This document shows, one piece after another, positions 17,078 to 17,854 of a stretch of 17,854 bases of DNA. The notes beneath the pieces were generated by a model that worked only from the letters and a program-made list of their open reading frames with translations, did no database searches and was not told where the DNA came from. The translations under genes and the position numbers were made by a program. The stretch covers positions 1 to 17,854 of the forward strand of contig JAKQQL010000012.1 in assembly GCA_029564175.1 (NCBI GenBank), written 5' to 3'. Numbering within the stretch: position 1 is the stretch's first letter; each line of letters begins with the position of its first letter. This stretch comes from Candidatus Cloacimonadota bacterium. Its GTDB lineage: Bacteria; Cloacimonadota; Cloacimonadia; Cloacimonadales; WRIO01.

Positions 17078-17358
17078 CAATTTTTTTCTGATTTGATGAA
17101 AGATTTTTAAAAACCCCAAATTTGAACATAAATACAAGAGAAAAAAAAGATTATTGGTTCTTCGTAACTACTCAGGTTGTTTATGAGCATTATATATTAT
17201 AGAAACCTATAATGGAATGACAGAATGAGACTGGTCAAGTTAATTTCCTTGTTAATCAGTATTCCAGACTTCATTATCAATAAAAAGGGGTTATTTTTTT
17301 TTATAAGAATTTGTTAAATTGACAATTTCAAGTAATCTTATTTTTAAAATCAACTCTT

Positions 17359-17560
17359 CATTTCTTTTCTTGAAAAAAGAAACGAAGCAAAGAAATTCAA
17401 GCACTGTTATAAAAATCCTGTCTTTGGTCACTCTCTTGGGCTCCACCGCAAACTTGCTGATTGTTTAGTAAAGTATTTAAGTAAGCTATCAGCTTCAAAC
17501 ATGCGGCTGTTCGCACCCAATCGAGTTTCCCTTTGACTTAACGGATTTTTATAAAGGCGC
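17359..17560 (+). ncRNA. Putative structured RNA or non-autonomous element: H-type pseudoknot plus long nested stem
   Basis: Pseudoknot: TTTCTTTT(17361-68)/AAAAGAAA(17375-82), with loop CTTGAA complementary to TTCAAG(17396-401). Nested helices: TTATAAAAATCC/GGATTTTTATAA, GTCA/TGAC, TTGGG/CCCAA, CCGCA/TGCGG, GCTGAT/ATCAGC. Strand inferred from G-U pairs and the A-rich linker. Confidence 0.6.
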
Positions 17561-17722
17561 ATATTAAGAACTACTGTCACGCAAATATTACATTTTTCTT
17601 TAACAAGCATAGACTTATGAAGGTAAATCCCCTTTTCTCAAAGTCCTTAAATACAGCTGTTAGCTTCTAAGGCTTAAAAATTGAACAGTCTCTAAAAAAG
17701 TAGATTCTATCTTAAAAATAAC

Positions 17723-17751
17723 TTGACAAAAATATTAAGAACACATAATCT
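17723..17751 (+). promoter_or_regulatory. Putative sigma70 promoter for a gene beyond the right edge
   Basis: TTGACA (17723-28), 17-nt spacer, TAATCT (17746-51). Confidence 0.5.
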
Positions 17752-17854
17752 TATTACAAGTAACGAATAATTTAAATGTAAATAGCGTGTAATTTAAAAA
17801 TTCCTATATCAAGTAGTCATGAAACAATGTGGTTGAGATATGTTTTCAAGAGGA

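Noticed and set aside
17428..17610. 60-aa minus-strand ORF
   Set aside because: No RBS or motif; the region is better explained by the nested base-pairing of the structured element.

Overview
AT-rich bacterial chromosomal window in which every credible gene is on the minus strand. The left ~9.5 kb is ordinary: polA, uvrB and a chemosensory cluster (cheB-cheR-cheY-HDOD-pseudoreceiver/CheX) that has no cheA, cheW or receptor in the window. The right ~8 kb looks accessory. It encodes a SRAP/YedK protein, a RelE-like domain fused to a UvrD-type SF1 helicase with a tightly linked, very acidic 111-aa partner, an LRAT/NC-domain protein apparently missing its catalytic histidines, an unknown helical protein, and an AAA ATPase-PD-(D/E)XK nuclease. 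Nearly every long spacer there holds structured or repeated DNA: a 5x28-bp REP-like tandem array with dispersed relatives, two ~160-180-bp composite direct repeats bracketing the ATPase-nuclease, several long hairpins, and a ~200-nt element (17359-17560) that can fold into an H-type pseudoknot followed by a long nested stem. The best candidates for something new are the acidic protein + RelE-helicase module, the pseudoknotted element and the repeat-delimited gene organisation. All family assignments are from motif recognition by eye; no searches or folding programs were run.
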